Source: an uncultured Bacteroidales bacterium
Lineage (GTDB): Bacteria; Bacteroidota; Bacteroidia; Bacteroidales; UBA932
NCBI GenBank assembly: GCA_949295645.1
Contig: CASFLY010000159.1
Coordinates: 494-64,493, forward strand
Direction of reading: 5' to 3'
Length of the DNA: 64,000 bases
The notes below the pieces were generated by a model. That model saw nothing but the letters and a program-made list of their open reading frames with translations. It ran no database searches and was not told the origin of the DNA. Shown piece after piece: positions 9,589 to 18,803 of the stretch; the stretch's first letter is position 1, and each line of letters opens with the position of its first letter. The translations under genes and the position numbers were made by a program.

Positions 9589-11496
9589 ATGACTGAAAGA
9601 CTTACTATCATCCAGTTTGTGGAAAAGTACACAAGGGAGTTTGCAGGAAATACTTTCCTGTGGGAAAAGCAGGGCTCAGAGTGGGTCCCGACCACCTTTG
9701 AACAGACACGCAAGGAGGCTTTCCGGGTAGGGGCCGGGCTTATGGCGCTCGGGGTGCAGAAAGGTGAAAAGGTCTCTCTGCTGTCGGAGGGCCGCAACTA
9801 TTGGGTAATCGGGGAACTCGGAATCCTTTACGCCGGGGCGGTAAATGTTCCGCTTTCGATCAAATTGGAAGAAAGCAATGACCTGATATTCAGGATCAGG
9901 CACTCGGATTCGAAGTACGTGATGGTCTCCGGCGGACAGTTGCAGAAGATCCGGAATATCCTGCCAGACCTGCCGCAGGTGGAGAAAGTGATAGTTCTGG
10001 ATGAACTTCCCGAATATCGGGAAAAGGAAATAGCCTTTTCCGAGATATGCAGGATGGGGGATGCCTTTCTTTCTGCGAACGGGGAAATGTTCAGGCAGAG
10101 GTATATGTCAATCGGACCGGACGACTATGCCAATATCAGCTACACATCGGGGACTACTGCCGATCCGAAAGGCATTCTCCTGACACACAGAAACTATACT
10201 GCAAATGTGGAGCAGGCGCGTTCGGTCATCGGTGTTACGCCGGAGGACAGGATGCTCATCATCCTGCCGCTCGATCACTGTTTCGCGCACGTGGCGGGCT
10301 TCTACACCCTGATGTCTTACGGGGCGTCGATCGGGACAGTCCCTGCCGGAAAGACTCCGATGGAGGCGCTGAGAAATATCCCGATGAGCATAAAGGAACT
10401 GCAGCCTACAGTAATGCTCAGTGTGCCGGCTCTGGCAAAGAATTTCAAGAAGAATATCGAGACCGGAGTGAAAGCCAAGGGACCGATGGTCGAGAAACTG
10501 TATAATTTCGCTCTGAATATGGCGATTTCCTATAATAAGGAGGGGTATAATAAGGGCGGTATCGGACAATGCTGGAAAAAGCCGCTGCTGGCGCTGTTCG
10601 ACAAGGTGATTTTCAAGAGCGTGCGGCAGGGACTCGGAGGAAAGATGAAATTTTTCGTGGGAGGCGGGGCCCTGCTCGATATCGACCTGCAGAGATATTA
10701 TTATGCCATAGGTATCCCTATGTATCAGGGCTACGGCCTGTCGGAGGCTACGCCTATCATTTCGGCAAATGCCCCGGCCCGGCATATCCTCGGTTCTTCC
10801 GGCTGTGTGGTCAAGCCTATGGATATAAAGATCTGCGATGAGGACGGTAAGGAACTTCCGTACGGTCAGAAGGGCGAGATCGTCATCAGGGGCGAGAACG
10901 TGATGGCCGGCTACTGGAAAAATCCGAAGGCGACGGCGGAGACGATAGTGGACGGGTGGCTTCACACCGGCGATATGGGGTATATGAGGGACAAGGATTT
11001 CCTTTATGTCGTGGGCCGCTTCAAGTCTCTGCTTATCAGTGCCGACGGGGAAAAATACAGTCCGGAAGGGATAGAGGAGTCTTTGGTCGAGAATTCGAAA
11101 TTCATCGATCAGGTGGTGCTTCACAACAGTCAGGATCCGTACACAATAGCCCTTTTGGTGCCGAACAAGGATGCCTTGAGGACATGGCTGAAAGAGAATT
11201 ATCCTGATTCGTCCCCTGATTCGGATACGGGCAAGAAGGCCATGCTCGGGAAAATCCAGGAGGAGGTGAATTCATACAGGAAAGGAGGCCGGAATTACGG
11301 CGCTTTCCCCGACAGATGGCTTCCTGCCGCAGTCTGCGTGCTCCCTGAACCGTTTACCGAAAAGAATCATATGGTGAACAGCACCATGAAGATCGTCCGC
11401 GGAAAGGTGGAGAAAGCCTACGGGGACAGGATGAAGTTCGCCTATACTCCGGAAGGGAAAAATATAGTGAACGAACAGAATATGGCTTCCCTGTAG
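9589..11496 (+). CDS. Long-chain fatty acid-CoA ligase (AMP-binding)
   Basis: YTSGTTADPKG, QGYGLSE and GWLHTGDMG motifs. Confidence 0.9.
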   Translation: MTERLTIIQFVEKYTREFAGNTFLWEKQGSEWVPTTFEQTRKEAFRVGAGLMALGVQKGEKVSLLSEGRNYWVIGELGILYAGAVNVPLSIKLEESNDLIFRIRHSDSKYVMVSGGQLQKIRNILPDLPQVEKVIVLDELPEYREKEIAFSEICRMGDAFLSANGEMFRQRYMSIGPDDYANISYTSGTTADPKGILLTHRNYTANVEQARSVIGVTPEDRMLIILPLDHCFAHVAGFYTLMSYGASIGTVPAGKTPMEALRNIPMSIKELQPTVMLSVPALAKNFKKNIETGVKAKGPMVEKLYNFALNMAISYNKEGYNKGGIGQCWKKPLLALFDKVIFKSVRQGLGGKMKFFVGGGALLDIDLQRYYYAIGIPMYQGYGLSEATPIISANAPARHILGSSGCVVKPMDIKICDEDGKELPYGQKGEIVIRGENVMAGYWKNPKATAETIVDGWLHTGDMGYMRDKDFLYVVGRFKSLLISADGEKYSPEGIEESLVENSKFIDQVVLHNSQDPYTIALLVPNKDALRTWLKENYPDSSPDSDTGKKAMLGKIQEEVNSYRKGGRNYGAFPDRWLPAAVCVLPEPFTEKNHMVNSTMKIVRGKVEKAYGDRMKFAYTPEGKNIVNEQNMASL

Positions 11497-11512
11497 GGGA
11501 GCCATATTCCTG

Positions 11513-11938
11513 CTATATCGCCTTTACCTTGAAGATGGCCTTGTGGATTTTGCCTTCGCCGATGAGCGGGGCGTGGGCCATATCCGGGGCAAATGTGATG
11601 ACCTCTCCAGGAGCGATGGTCCTGGTTTCCTCTACCGGATCCTTGTAGAACAGGATGTCTTTTTCCGTGTTCATTTCCCCGTCCGGAAGCCTGCATTCGC
11701 TGCGCGGCTTTATTCCGAAAGTCTCTTCTTTCGAAAGCGGCACCTGGATGTCGATGTACCTGTCGTGGACTTCGAGACGGGCCTGCTGCGGAGTTTTCAT
11801 GTCGCTGTCGACGATGTTTACGAACAGGTTGTCCCCGTCGAGGATGTGTTTCCCGTTCCCGAGGGCGTTGAGGTCATGAGTCTGGATGTACTCTATTGCC
11901 TTTGCATAGTAGGGATTGTTTTTCAGTCTGTCTTCCAT
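11513..11938 (-). CDS. YhcH/YjgK/YiaL (NanQ/TabA-like) family protein; start uncertain
   Basis: LEVHDRYIDIQ, F-x-P-x-x-x-HAP and HKAIFKV motifs. Confidence 0.85.
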   Translation of the reverse strand: MEDRLKNNPYYAKAIEYIQTHDLNALGNGKHILDGDNLFVNIVDSDMKTPQQARLEVHDRYIDIQVPLSKEETFGIKPRSECRLPDGEMNTEKDILFYKDPVEETRTIAPGEVITFAPDMAHAPLIGEGKIHKAIFKVKAI

Positions 11939-12082
11939 AGCCGGATAGTTTATGTCTGTCAATGACGGAAATTTTCCGCCGGTCCCGCTAATATACGAAT
12001 TTCTTCCGTTCCGGCCCCTTCCTGCCATTCGAAATTTTTATAAAAACATCGTCAAATCCCTCTTTCCCCGCCAAATTTTTCT

Positions 12083-12090
12083 TACCTTTG
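12083..12090 (+). promoter_or_regulatory. -7 element (TACCTTTG) of tRNA-Leu
   Basis: TAnnTTTG 7 nt upstream of the tRNA 5' end. Confidence 0.7.
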
Positions 12091-12097
12091 CCCCGAA

Positions 12098-12183
12098 GCT
12101 CTGGTGGTGGAATAGGTAGACACGCAGGACTTAAAATCCTGTGGGCAGCAATGTCCGTACGGGTTCGATTCCCGTCCGGAGCA
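12098..12183 (+). tRNA. tRNA-Leu (anticodon TAA); CCA not encoded
   Basis: Acceptor GCTCTGG/CCGGAGC, D arm TGGTGGAATAGGTAGACAC, anticodon arm CAGGA-CTTAAAA-TCCTG, long variable arm, and GGTTCGATTCC T arm. Confidence 0.95.
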
Positions 12184-12185
12184 CA

Positions 12186-12234
12186 ATGAAAGAAGGTTAA
12201 TTCAGCAGTTGGCGCTGAGTTAACCTTCTTTCAT
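12186..12234. terminator. 21-bp hairpin, likely bidirectional terminator between tRNA-Leu and the convergent lipoprotein gene
   Basis: ATGAAAGAAGGTTAATTCAGC pairs with GCTGAGTTAACCTTCTTTCAT around a 7-nt loop. Confidence 0.75.
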
Positions 12235-12294
12235 ATCGGCAGGTATGATATCATATCGAAGCTGTCATAGCATGGATGCTTCGATGATGTCCTG

Positions 12295-14256
12295 TTATTC
12301 TGCGGCGGCCGTGCAGGTCAGCGTGACCGGGATGGTCAGCGTGGCAGGCGCTTCCGGGTCCTTGTTGTTCGAATTCTTTTTCAGATGCATGGTCACCGTG
12401 GCCGTGTTTGCATTGTTGAGGATATATCCGTTCTTGAATCTGTCAGGAAGGTTTTTGTTGCTCGGGGTGTTAACATCGTAATCTACGTAAGTGATGACAT
12501 ATTCCGAATTGTCCTCCTCATTGTCGAAAACATAGCCGGGTGTCCCGCTCAGAAGCTTCTTGGCGGCGGCCGTCCCGAATCCTACACCGGAGCCGGCTCC
12601 GAATTTTTCTTCGATTTCAGCTATTTCCGCTCCGAGCAGATATGTTTTGCCCCAGTCGTTCTCGGAAGCATAATTGTCTCCGTTTGTCGGAACGGTGTAG
12701 CCTTTCCTGGCTATCATCCAGACCCTGAAAGCTATCCCCGACACAGGCTGCCCGGCCGTAAATACATACGGAGTGGCCGTTGCGGTGTTCTTGGACACGA
12801 TGTACTCTCCCCGTATCGGCAGGAAATTGTATCCGGCATATTCGCCCTCTCCCGGACGCGCAGTTTCTCCGGCACCGAGCTGCAGGACATACGGGCTCGC
12901 ATGTACCGTGACAGGTACAGTCATTTCTTCACCGCTGCCTATGAAACTGTCGGATCCGTCCTTGCTGCCGACGAGAGTGCAGTCTATCGTAAATTCATCT
13001 TCGAACAGCTGTACGAATCTGGCATCGATGCTGAAATCGACGTATGAGACCTTGTACTTGAGGGCGTCTTCCTGACTGAAAAAATAATGCCTGTTCAGAT
13101 CGTACTCGCAGTCCGCATCAGTGACCGAAATGGAAGTCCCGGTGTAGAATTTCTCTGCAGCGGCAGTCCCGTCGAATCCGAACGACCCGGAGAAATCCTT
13201 AAGAGAGAAGTATTTGCCGACATTGGCATCCTGCAGCGAGACGAACCATATCCTGAGGGTCTGTCCCCCGGAAGCGGTGTTGGGGATGAAGGTAAACGGC
13301 TCGGATGATGCCTTGTCGAGGATTTCTCCCCTTACAGGGATGATCTGAGCGTCTGCGTAGATGCCTTCACCCGGGCGGGCTGTCTCGTTTTCCGCGAATA
13401 CGAAGCCGCCTTCACCGTACCTGTCGGCTACTTCGACTGTTGCCGCAGAAGCTTTCCCCGCTTCGAGAACAATGTCTCCGAACCCGTCGAATTTCTGGTT
13501 GTAGACAGTCTTGTCCGTAGTTATGACAACGTCGACTTCAGCCTGCATGGCGGAGAAATCCTGAGGGAACATCCTGAATCTTGCAGTGTTGCCGGACACG
13601 ATTTCCGAAGAAACCGAAGACGTCAGTTCCGAAACGGTGACAGGCAGGCCTTCCGAGGTCAGATCCACCGTGGCGGCAGAAGCGAAAAAGGCAGATGCGC
13701 TGCTGAACCCTACGCTTTTCAGGGTTTCGTCGTCCGGAAGCCCAGTTACCGTAAAGTCCAGTATCGAGACGAGCTGCTTCGTCGTGAAGGTTTCCCCGTT
13801 GTCTGCCGAGTATCCTGCTATGTATTCAGTGTCGGCATTTCCGGCATTCTGCTCTGCCGGCAAAACAAGCGTGTAGGCCTTGGCTGAAGACGACGAGCCT
13901 GCATACCAGTCGTAAGGCCAGACGGCGTATAGCTGTCCGCTTCCTGCCGGCTCGTCCTCATAGACGGGGAGTTTCCCGGTGAACCGGCCTTCCGTGGTCC
14001 CGCTTCCTTCCGTAAGCCGGAAATCACGCGGGTTGGACGGCGTCCCGGGTTCGAATATCCCGATGACATCGTCTTCTTCCCAGACTGATTTGAATGCGTC
14101 GTCGCACTGTGGAATGTTCAGGATAACCGTGGCCTCGGCTGCAGGACCGCTGTCTTCCGATTCCCCATAAGAGATTGCCGGCTCGTCCTCACAAGAGACG
14201 AGAATGCCTGCAAGAAAGAAACCTGTCAGTAAAAAGCGTGGTAATTGGTATTTCAT
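12295..14256 (-). CDS. Surface lipoprotein: fimbrillin/Mfa-like N-terminal domain plus two copies of an unknown C-terminal domain
   Basis: Lipobox ILVSC followed by acidic EDE. WEEDDVIGIF..LYAVWPY..LPAEQ is a fimbrillin-like pattern. ETARPGEG occurs twice. Confidence 0.7.
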   Translation of the reverse strand: MKYQLPRFLLTGFFLAGILVSCEDEPAISYGESEDSGPAAEATVILNIPQCDDAFKSVWEEDDVIGIFEPGTPSNPRDFRLTEGSGTTEGRFTGKLPVYEDEPAGSGQLYAVWPYDWYAGSSSSAKAYTLVLPAEQNAGNADTEYIAGYSADNGETFTTKQLVSILDFTVTGLPDDETLKSVGFSSASAFFASAATVDLTSEGLPVTVSELTSSVSSEIVSGNTARFRMFPQDFSAMQAEVDVVITTDKTVYNQKFDGFGDIVLEAGKASAATVEVADRYGEGGFVFAENETARPGEGIYADAQIIPVRGEILDKASSEPFTFIPNTASGGQTLRIWFVSLQDANVGKYFSLKDFSGSFGFDGTAAAEKFYTGTSISVTDADCEYDLNRHYFFSQEDALKYKVSYVDFSIDARFVQLFEDEFTIDCTLVGSKDGSDSFIGSGEEMTVPVTVHASPYVLQLGAGETARPGEGEYAGYNFLPIRGEYIVSKNTATATPYVFTAGQPVSGIAFRVWMIARKGYTVPTNGDNYASENDWGKTYLLGAEIAEIEEKFGAGSGVGFGTAAAKKLLSGTPGYVFDNEEDNSEYVITYVDYDVNTPSNKNLPDRFKNGYILNNANTATVTMHLKKNSNNKDPEAPATLTIPVTLTCTAAAE

Positions 14257-14329
14257 ATCCGGTAAGTTATTGTTTTAATGTTCATTCGTGTCGGTGGCTC
14301 CGCCGGCTGCGTCCGTAACGGATTTTTCC

Positions 14330-14337
14330 CAAAAATA
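14330..14337 (-). promoter_or_regulatory. -7 element (TATTTTTG) for the 12295-14256 lipoprotein
   Basis: TAnnTTTG on the minus strand upstream of the start. Confidence 0.5.
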
Positions 14338-14455
14338 GATGAAAAACGGATGTGTTTGTCGTGCGTGCGGTTACAATGTAGAGATATGAGATGTTCAATA
14401 AGGTGAATTCCAATGACTTGAAAGACTGGGAGGGCGATAAAATGTAGTGCCCGTA

Positions 14456-14487
14456 TCCGGACGGGAAAAGGCCTTTTCCCGTCCGGA
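14456..14487. repeat. Perfect 32-bp palindrome in a divergent promoter region
   Basis: TCCGGACGGGAAAAGG followed directly by CCTTTTCCCGTCCGGA, with no loop. Confidence 0.9.
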
Positions 14488-14651
14488 ATGTAATGATGAA
14501 GCACGTGCAGGGCTTTCGGATAATTTATATTATTAAATTGCTAACAGGCTTATAATTAAATAAAAACGTCATTAAAACGCTACAATTTGCCGGGAAAAGT
14601 GGCTCCGTTCACGGTTTGTTGCTAATTTTCAGTCGAAAAACAAGTTTTGGA

Positions 14652-16268
14652 ATGGAAAGGAAACGTAATGCCGATGTGTATGCAGGATGTCTCGGAAAAC
14701 GGACGCCGGAATGCCGTGGAGGCCGTATCGCGCGGACGGCAGTTGCCGGAATTCTTGCCGCCGGGGCATTTTCATGCACAAAAGCCCCTGAAAGCGAAGA
14801 TGCCGCCGCAGAACCTGAACCGTCCGGAGCGCACGGGATGCCGAATGTGATACTGATTCTTGCCGACGATATGGGCTACGGGGATATTTCCGGACTGAAC
14901 CGGGATTCGAAAATCAGGACATCGAACTTGGACGCCCTCTGTTCTTCCGGAATCGTTTTCAACAATGCGCACGCTTCTTCGTCGATGTCCACACCGTCCC
15001 GCTACTCGGTTCTTACAGGGCGTTATCCCTGGCGGACAAGCCTGAAACAGGGCGTACTCACCTCCGAAGCCCCGGCCATGATAGCCCCGGGCCGCAGGAC
15101 CCTCGGAGACCTTTTTTCCGACAGCGGCTATGCTACGGCCTGCATCGGAAAATGGCATCTCGGCTGGGGATGGCAGAAGAACGGAGGTGAAATCGATTAT
15201 GAGGCCCCGATAAAGGACGGCCCGACCGAACGCGGTTTCGACTATTTTTACGGAATCACGGCATCCTTGGACATGCCTCCGTATGTCTATATCGAAAATG
15301 ACAGGGTCACCCAGGTGCCGACCAGGACGCTTCCGGCCAGGACCGGGGTGCAGCTGATGCGCGAGGGAGTTGCTTCGGAGGAGTTCGTGCCTGAAGAGGT
15401 TTTCCCGAGGATGACGGAAAAGGCGTTGGAATATATCGGCAAAATGCAGTCTTCAGACAGGCCGTATTTCCTTTACCTTCCGCTGACGGCTCCCCATACT
15501 CCGGTATTGCCGTCCGACAGATTCAGGGGAAAATCCGGAATCGGCGATTACGGGGATTTCGTCTTGATGATAGACGATATGGCGGGACAGATAGTGTCGA
15601 AACTGAAGGAAACGGGACAGTACGACAATACCATTATGATTTTTACCGCCGACAACGGCTGCGCCCCGTATGTAGAGACCGGGAAAATGGAGAAGGCAGG
15701 GCATTATCCGAGCTATGTCTGGAGAGGCTACAAGTCGGACATCTTCGAAGGAGGCCACAGGATTCCGCTCATCATTTCGTGGGGCAGCCGCATAGCCGGA
15801 AGGCGTTCCGTCGATCCGGTGTGCCTTTCGGACTTCTTCGCCACTTTCGCACAGATGCTCGGAGAACCCGTGGCGAACGGCGAGGCGGAGGACAGTTTCA
15901 GTTTATGGGATGTAGTCACCGGCTCAGGAAAGGGTCGGCGCACTGACATCGTGGTGACTTCGAATGACGGTTCCTTTGCAATGATCCGGGGAAATCTGAA
16001 AGTCATATTTACAGCTACTTCCGGAGGCTGGGGAGATCCCGAATCCGGTTCCGATGTGTCAGGATTGCCGGAAATGCAGGTCTATAACATATCGTCAGAC
16101 ACGAAAGAGTCCTCGAACCTCTACGGAATGGAAGAATTCGATGCCACAGTAGAGACTTACAAGACGGCGATGAGAGACTATGTAGAATCAGGCCGTTCCA
16201 CTCCCGGGACTCCGGTATCGAACGACACCGGAAATTCCTGGAAACAGACGGCGCCCTTTACCGACTGA
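14652..16268 (+). CDS. S1 arylsulfatase (Ser-type, S1_15-like), predicted lipoprotein; start uncertain
   Basis: PNVILILADDMGYGD, STPSRY-S-LTGRY, GKWHLG, GFDYFYGITASLDMPPY, and a GAFSC lipobox. Confidence 0.9.
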   Translation: MERKRNADVYAGCLGKRTPECRGGRIARTAVAGILAAGAFSCTKAPESEDAAAEPEPSGAHGMPNVILILADDMGYGDISGLNRDSKIRTSNLDALCSSGIVFNNAHASSSMSTPSRYSVLTGRYPWRTSLKQGVLTSEAPAMIAPGRRTLGDLFSDSGYATACIGKWHLGWGWQKNGGEIDYEAPIKDGPTERGFDYFYGITASLDMPPYVYIENDRVTQVPTRTLPARTGVQLMREGVASEEFVPEEVFPRMTEKALEYIGKMQSSDRPYFLYLPLTAPHTPVLPSDRFRGKSGIGDYGDFVLMIDDMAGQIVSKLKETGQYDNTIMIFTADNGCAPYVETGKMEKAGHYPSYVWRGYKSDIFEGGHRIPLIISWGSRIAGRRSVDPVCLSDFFATFAQMLGEPVANGEAEDSFSLWDVVTGSGKGRRTDIVVTSNDGSFAMIRGNLKVIFTATSGGWGDPESGSDVSGLPEMQVYNISSDTKESSNLYGMEEFDATVETYKTAMRDYVESGRSTPGTPVSNDTGNSWKQTAPFTD

Positions 16269-16778
16269 CGGTGTGGGTGTTCTGCAGCATTTCCGGAAAT
16301 TCCCTCATATATACTGCATTGCACTCCATAAGGATTACCCCGCTCAGCTGGCATCCGAGCCATATCCGTTCACCCGGTTCCGCCGCCCTTGTCCAGTCTC
16401 CCGGGAAAAGCATATTTCCCTTGGCAGCTTCATACAGGGTGATTCCCTGCTTCTCCATAAACCGGATATAGTTTTGCCGGCGGGTGCCGTCTATGTATTC
16501 AGAGCGGATGAGGTCCGTCATATAGTGGGCAAGGATGCCCTTGAATATGCCGTTGTTCTGGTTCAGGCTTCCGGCAGGCTCTCCTCCTGCACCTATTTCC
16601 CGTCCGCTTTCCAGAATTCGTTTTCAAGAGTTTCCTGCGCCTTGTCCGAGATTGCGTTCCAGTCGTAGTCCGAGACGATGACCGTATTTCCTGCATCCGG
16701 AGTTTCAGGTGCCGCCCCGGCTTCCGAACAGGCAGCGGCGGATATTCCTGCCGACAGAATCAAAAAGAGGTTTTTCAT
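16258..16778 (-). pseudogene. GH76-like lipoprotein gene with a large internal deletion and frameshift
   Basis: 16778-16593 encodes a lipoprotein signal (SAAAC) plus DWNAISDKAQETLENEFW, then TAG. Another frame continues with GH76 C-terminal motifs NNGIFKGILAHY..LFPGDW..LGCQLSGVILME. The catalytic DD region is absent. Confidence 0.7.
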
Positions 16779-16806
16779 TGCCTTGTCATTATGTTTCAGT
16801 GTAGGA

Positions 16807-16814
16807 CAAATATA
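16807..16814 (-). promoter_or_regulatory. -7 element (TATATTTG) for the GH76 pseudogene
   Basis: TAnnTTTG on the minus strand about 30 nt before the ATG at 16778. Confidence 0.55.
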
Positions 16815-17188
16815 CTCAATCGAGTGTCTGCGGCAGTCCCCATTTACGGGACGAAAAGGGCAAATGTAAAGGATGAAAAAATGGAATATGTTGACAGTCA
16901 ATTAGTTGTCTTTCGGCAAATGGCGCAATAATGTAGCCGGAACATAGCTTCCGGAATCATCGGAGAACCCGGGAAAACATATCCGCGTCCGTCCGGGAAC
17001 GTCCGTCCGACGCTATATTGTTTTGAAAAGGGGCGAGACTTAATCGTTTCATTATCATTGACATAGGTGCCGTCATTCCCTCGTAGGGCACTACATTTTG
17101 AATCTATGGCCTTTCAAGCAATCCTTTTTTTATGGAATTTTACATCGGAGAAACAGCCGTACGGCACGACAAAACATAATATCCCGAT

Positions 17189-18700
17189 ATGAACCACATC
17201 AGAAACAACGCAGCCATCTTCTCCTTTCTTTTCGCTGCCGGAGGGATGGCATACGCCCAAAAACCCAATATCGTCCTGATTCTCGCAGATGATATGGGTT
17301 ATGGCGACATTTCGGCATTCAATGACCGGACGTCTCTTGTCACACCGAATCTGGACCGTCTGTGCGGGCAGGGAATCAGATTCACTGACGCCCATTCGAA
17401 TTCATCGGTCAGCACGCCTTCGAGATACGGCATACTTACCGGCCGCTATGCCTTCAGGTCGGACCTGAAATCCGGAGTCCTCGGCGGTTTCTCGCAGCCG
17501 CTGATCGCGGAGGACAGAAGCACCGTGGCGACGATGCTTTCCTCTTGCGGGTATTCGACGGCGATGATCGGAAAGTGGCATCTCGGGTGGAACTGGACAT
17601 ATCTCGACAAGGCTTCGGGGAAGGTGGACTGGACCGGCCCTGTTTCTGGAGGCCCGACAGACAGGGGATTCGACTATTTTTACGGCATCGCGGCGTCCCT
17701 GGATATGTCTCCTTACGTCTATGTAGAGAACGACAGGCCCACTGCAGTGCCGGACAGGGTCTCCGGGGACATCTCCAAAGGTATCCTAATGCAGCGCTCA
17801 GGGCCCCAGTCTCCCGATTTCGAGCATAAGGACTGCCTTAGGAATTTCACTGACAGGGCCGCGGCCTATATCCGGGAACACGCGGACGATGCGGCTCCGT
17901 TTTTCCTGTACCTCCCTCTGACTGCGCCTCACACCCCGATCCTCCCGTCCGAGGAATTCAGGGGCAAGTCGGGCATATCCCCTTATTGCGATTTCGTCCT
18001 GATGGTGGACAGTATGGTCGGGAAGATAGCCGATGCAGTGAAGGACAGCGGGATTTCCGAGAACACCATTATAATATTCACCACCGACAACGGGTGTTCC
18101 CCGGTGGCGGAAATCGCGAAGATGAAGAAGTCTGGGCATAGTCCGAACCATATCTACCGCGGTGCCAAATCGGATATCTATGACGGCGGACACAGGATTC
18201 CGCTTATTGTCTCCTGGGGCGGCCGGTACCGGGACAGGGTTGAGAACGGGCTTGTTTCCCTGACGGATTTCTATGCCACTTTTGCCGAAATCGCAGGCTA
18301 TGAACTCAAAGACGATGAAGCCGAGGACAGCTACAGTTTCAAGTCCGTCCTGGACGGAACGGGTGCTCCGGCGCGGCAGGATGTCATCCATCATTCCATA
18401 GACGGACGTTTCGCCATCCGGAAAGGGGACTGGAAATTGGTGTTCTGGCCGGGTTCAGGAGGCTGGGGCGGCCCGAATGAAAAGTCGAAAAACTGGGACA
18501 CTCTTCCCAAGTATCAGCTGTTCAATATGAAAAACGACCCGTCCGAAAAGGAAAACCTTTACGGGACGCACAGGAAAATAGAAAAGGAACTGACGGAAAG
18601 GTTCCGGAAATACATCTTAGACGGCAGGTCGACTCCAGGCGCCCTGCAGAAAAATGACGGGGGAAGCGACTGGAAACAGATAGAGTTCCTATTTGAATAA
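17189..18700 (+). CDS. S1 arylsulfatase (Ser-type, S1_15-like), paralog of 14652-16268
   Basis: KPNIVLILADDMGYGD, SSVSTPSRYGILTGRY, GKWHLG, and a signal peptide ending AYA-Q. Confidence 0.92.
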   Translation: MNHIRNNAAIFSFLFAAGGMAYAQKPNIVLILADDMGYGDISAFNDRTSLVTPNLDRLCGQGIRFTDAHSNSSVSTPSRYGILTGRYAFRSDLKSGVLGGFSQPLIAEDRSTVATMLSSCGYSTAMIGKWHLGWNWTYLDKASGKVDWTGPVSGGPTDRGFDYFYGIAASLDMSPYVYVENDRPTAVPDRVSGDISKGILMQRSGPQSPDFEHKDCLRNFTDRAAAYIREHADDAAPFFLYLPLTAPHTPILPSEEFRGKSGISPYCDFVLMVDSMVGKIADAVKDSGISENTIIIFTTDNGCSPVAEIAKMKKSGHSPNHIYRGAKSDIYDGGHRIPLIVSWGGRYRDRVENGLVSLTDFYATFAEIAGYELKDDEAEDSYSFKSVLDGTGAPARQDVIHHSIDGRFAIRKGDWKLVFWPGSGGWGGPNEKSKNWDTLPKYQLFNMKNDPSEKENLYGTHRKIEKELTERFRKYILDGRSTPGALQKNDGGSDWKQIEFLFE

Positions 18701-18803
18701 GAAGCTGTTTTCTTTTCAAAAAGAATGATTGTACATCCTCGAAAATACTTCATAAGATTTATGGTAAAAAATTTCAAAACAGTTTCTTAAAACAGCATCT
18801 GGA

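Noticed and set aside
16593-16595. TAG readthrough or recoding in the GH76 relic
   Set aside because: The downstream part is in a different frame, a TGA follows in frame, and the catalytic core is physically missing.
14439-17099. Invertible segment bounded by the 14-bp inverted repeat AAAATGTAGTGCCC
   Set aside because: No recombinase is in the window, and the same core recurs in degenerate form at fixed distances from four promoters, which fits operators better. Read-pair orientation would settle it.
18699-18795. AT-rich spacer with long-range pairing (AAGAAGCTGTTTT/AAAACAGTTTCTT) between sulfatases
   Set aside because: The pairing is weak and AT-rich with no recognisable RNA motif, so there is too little support for a call.
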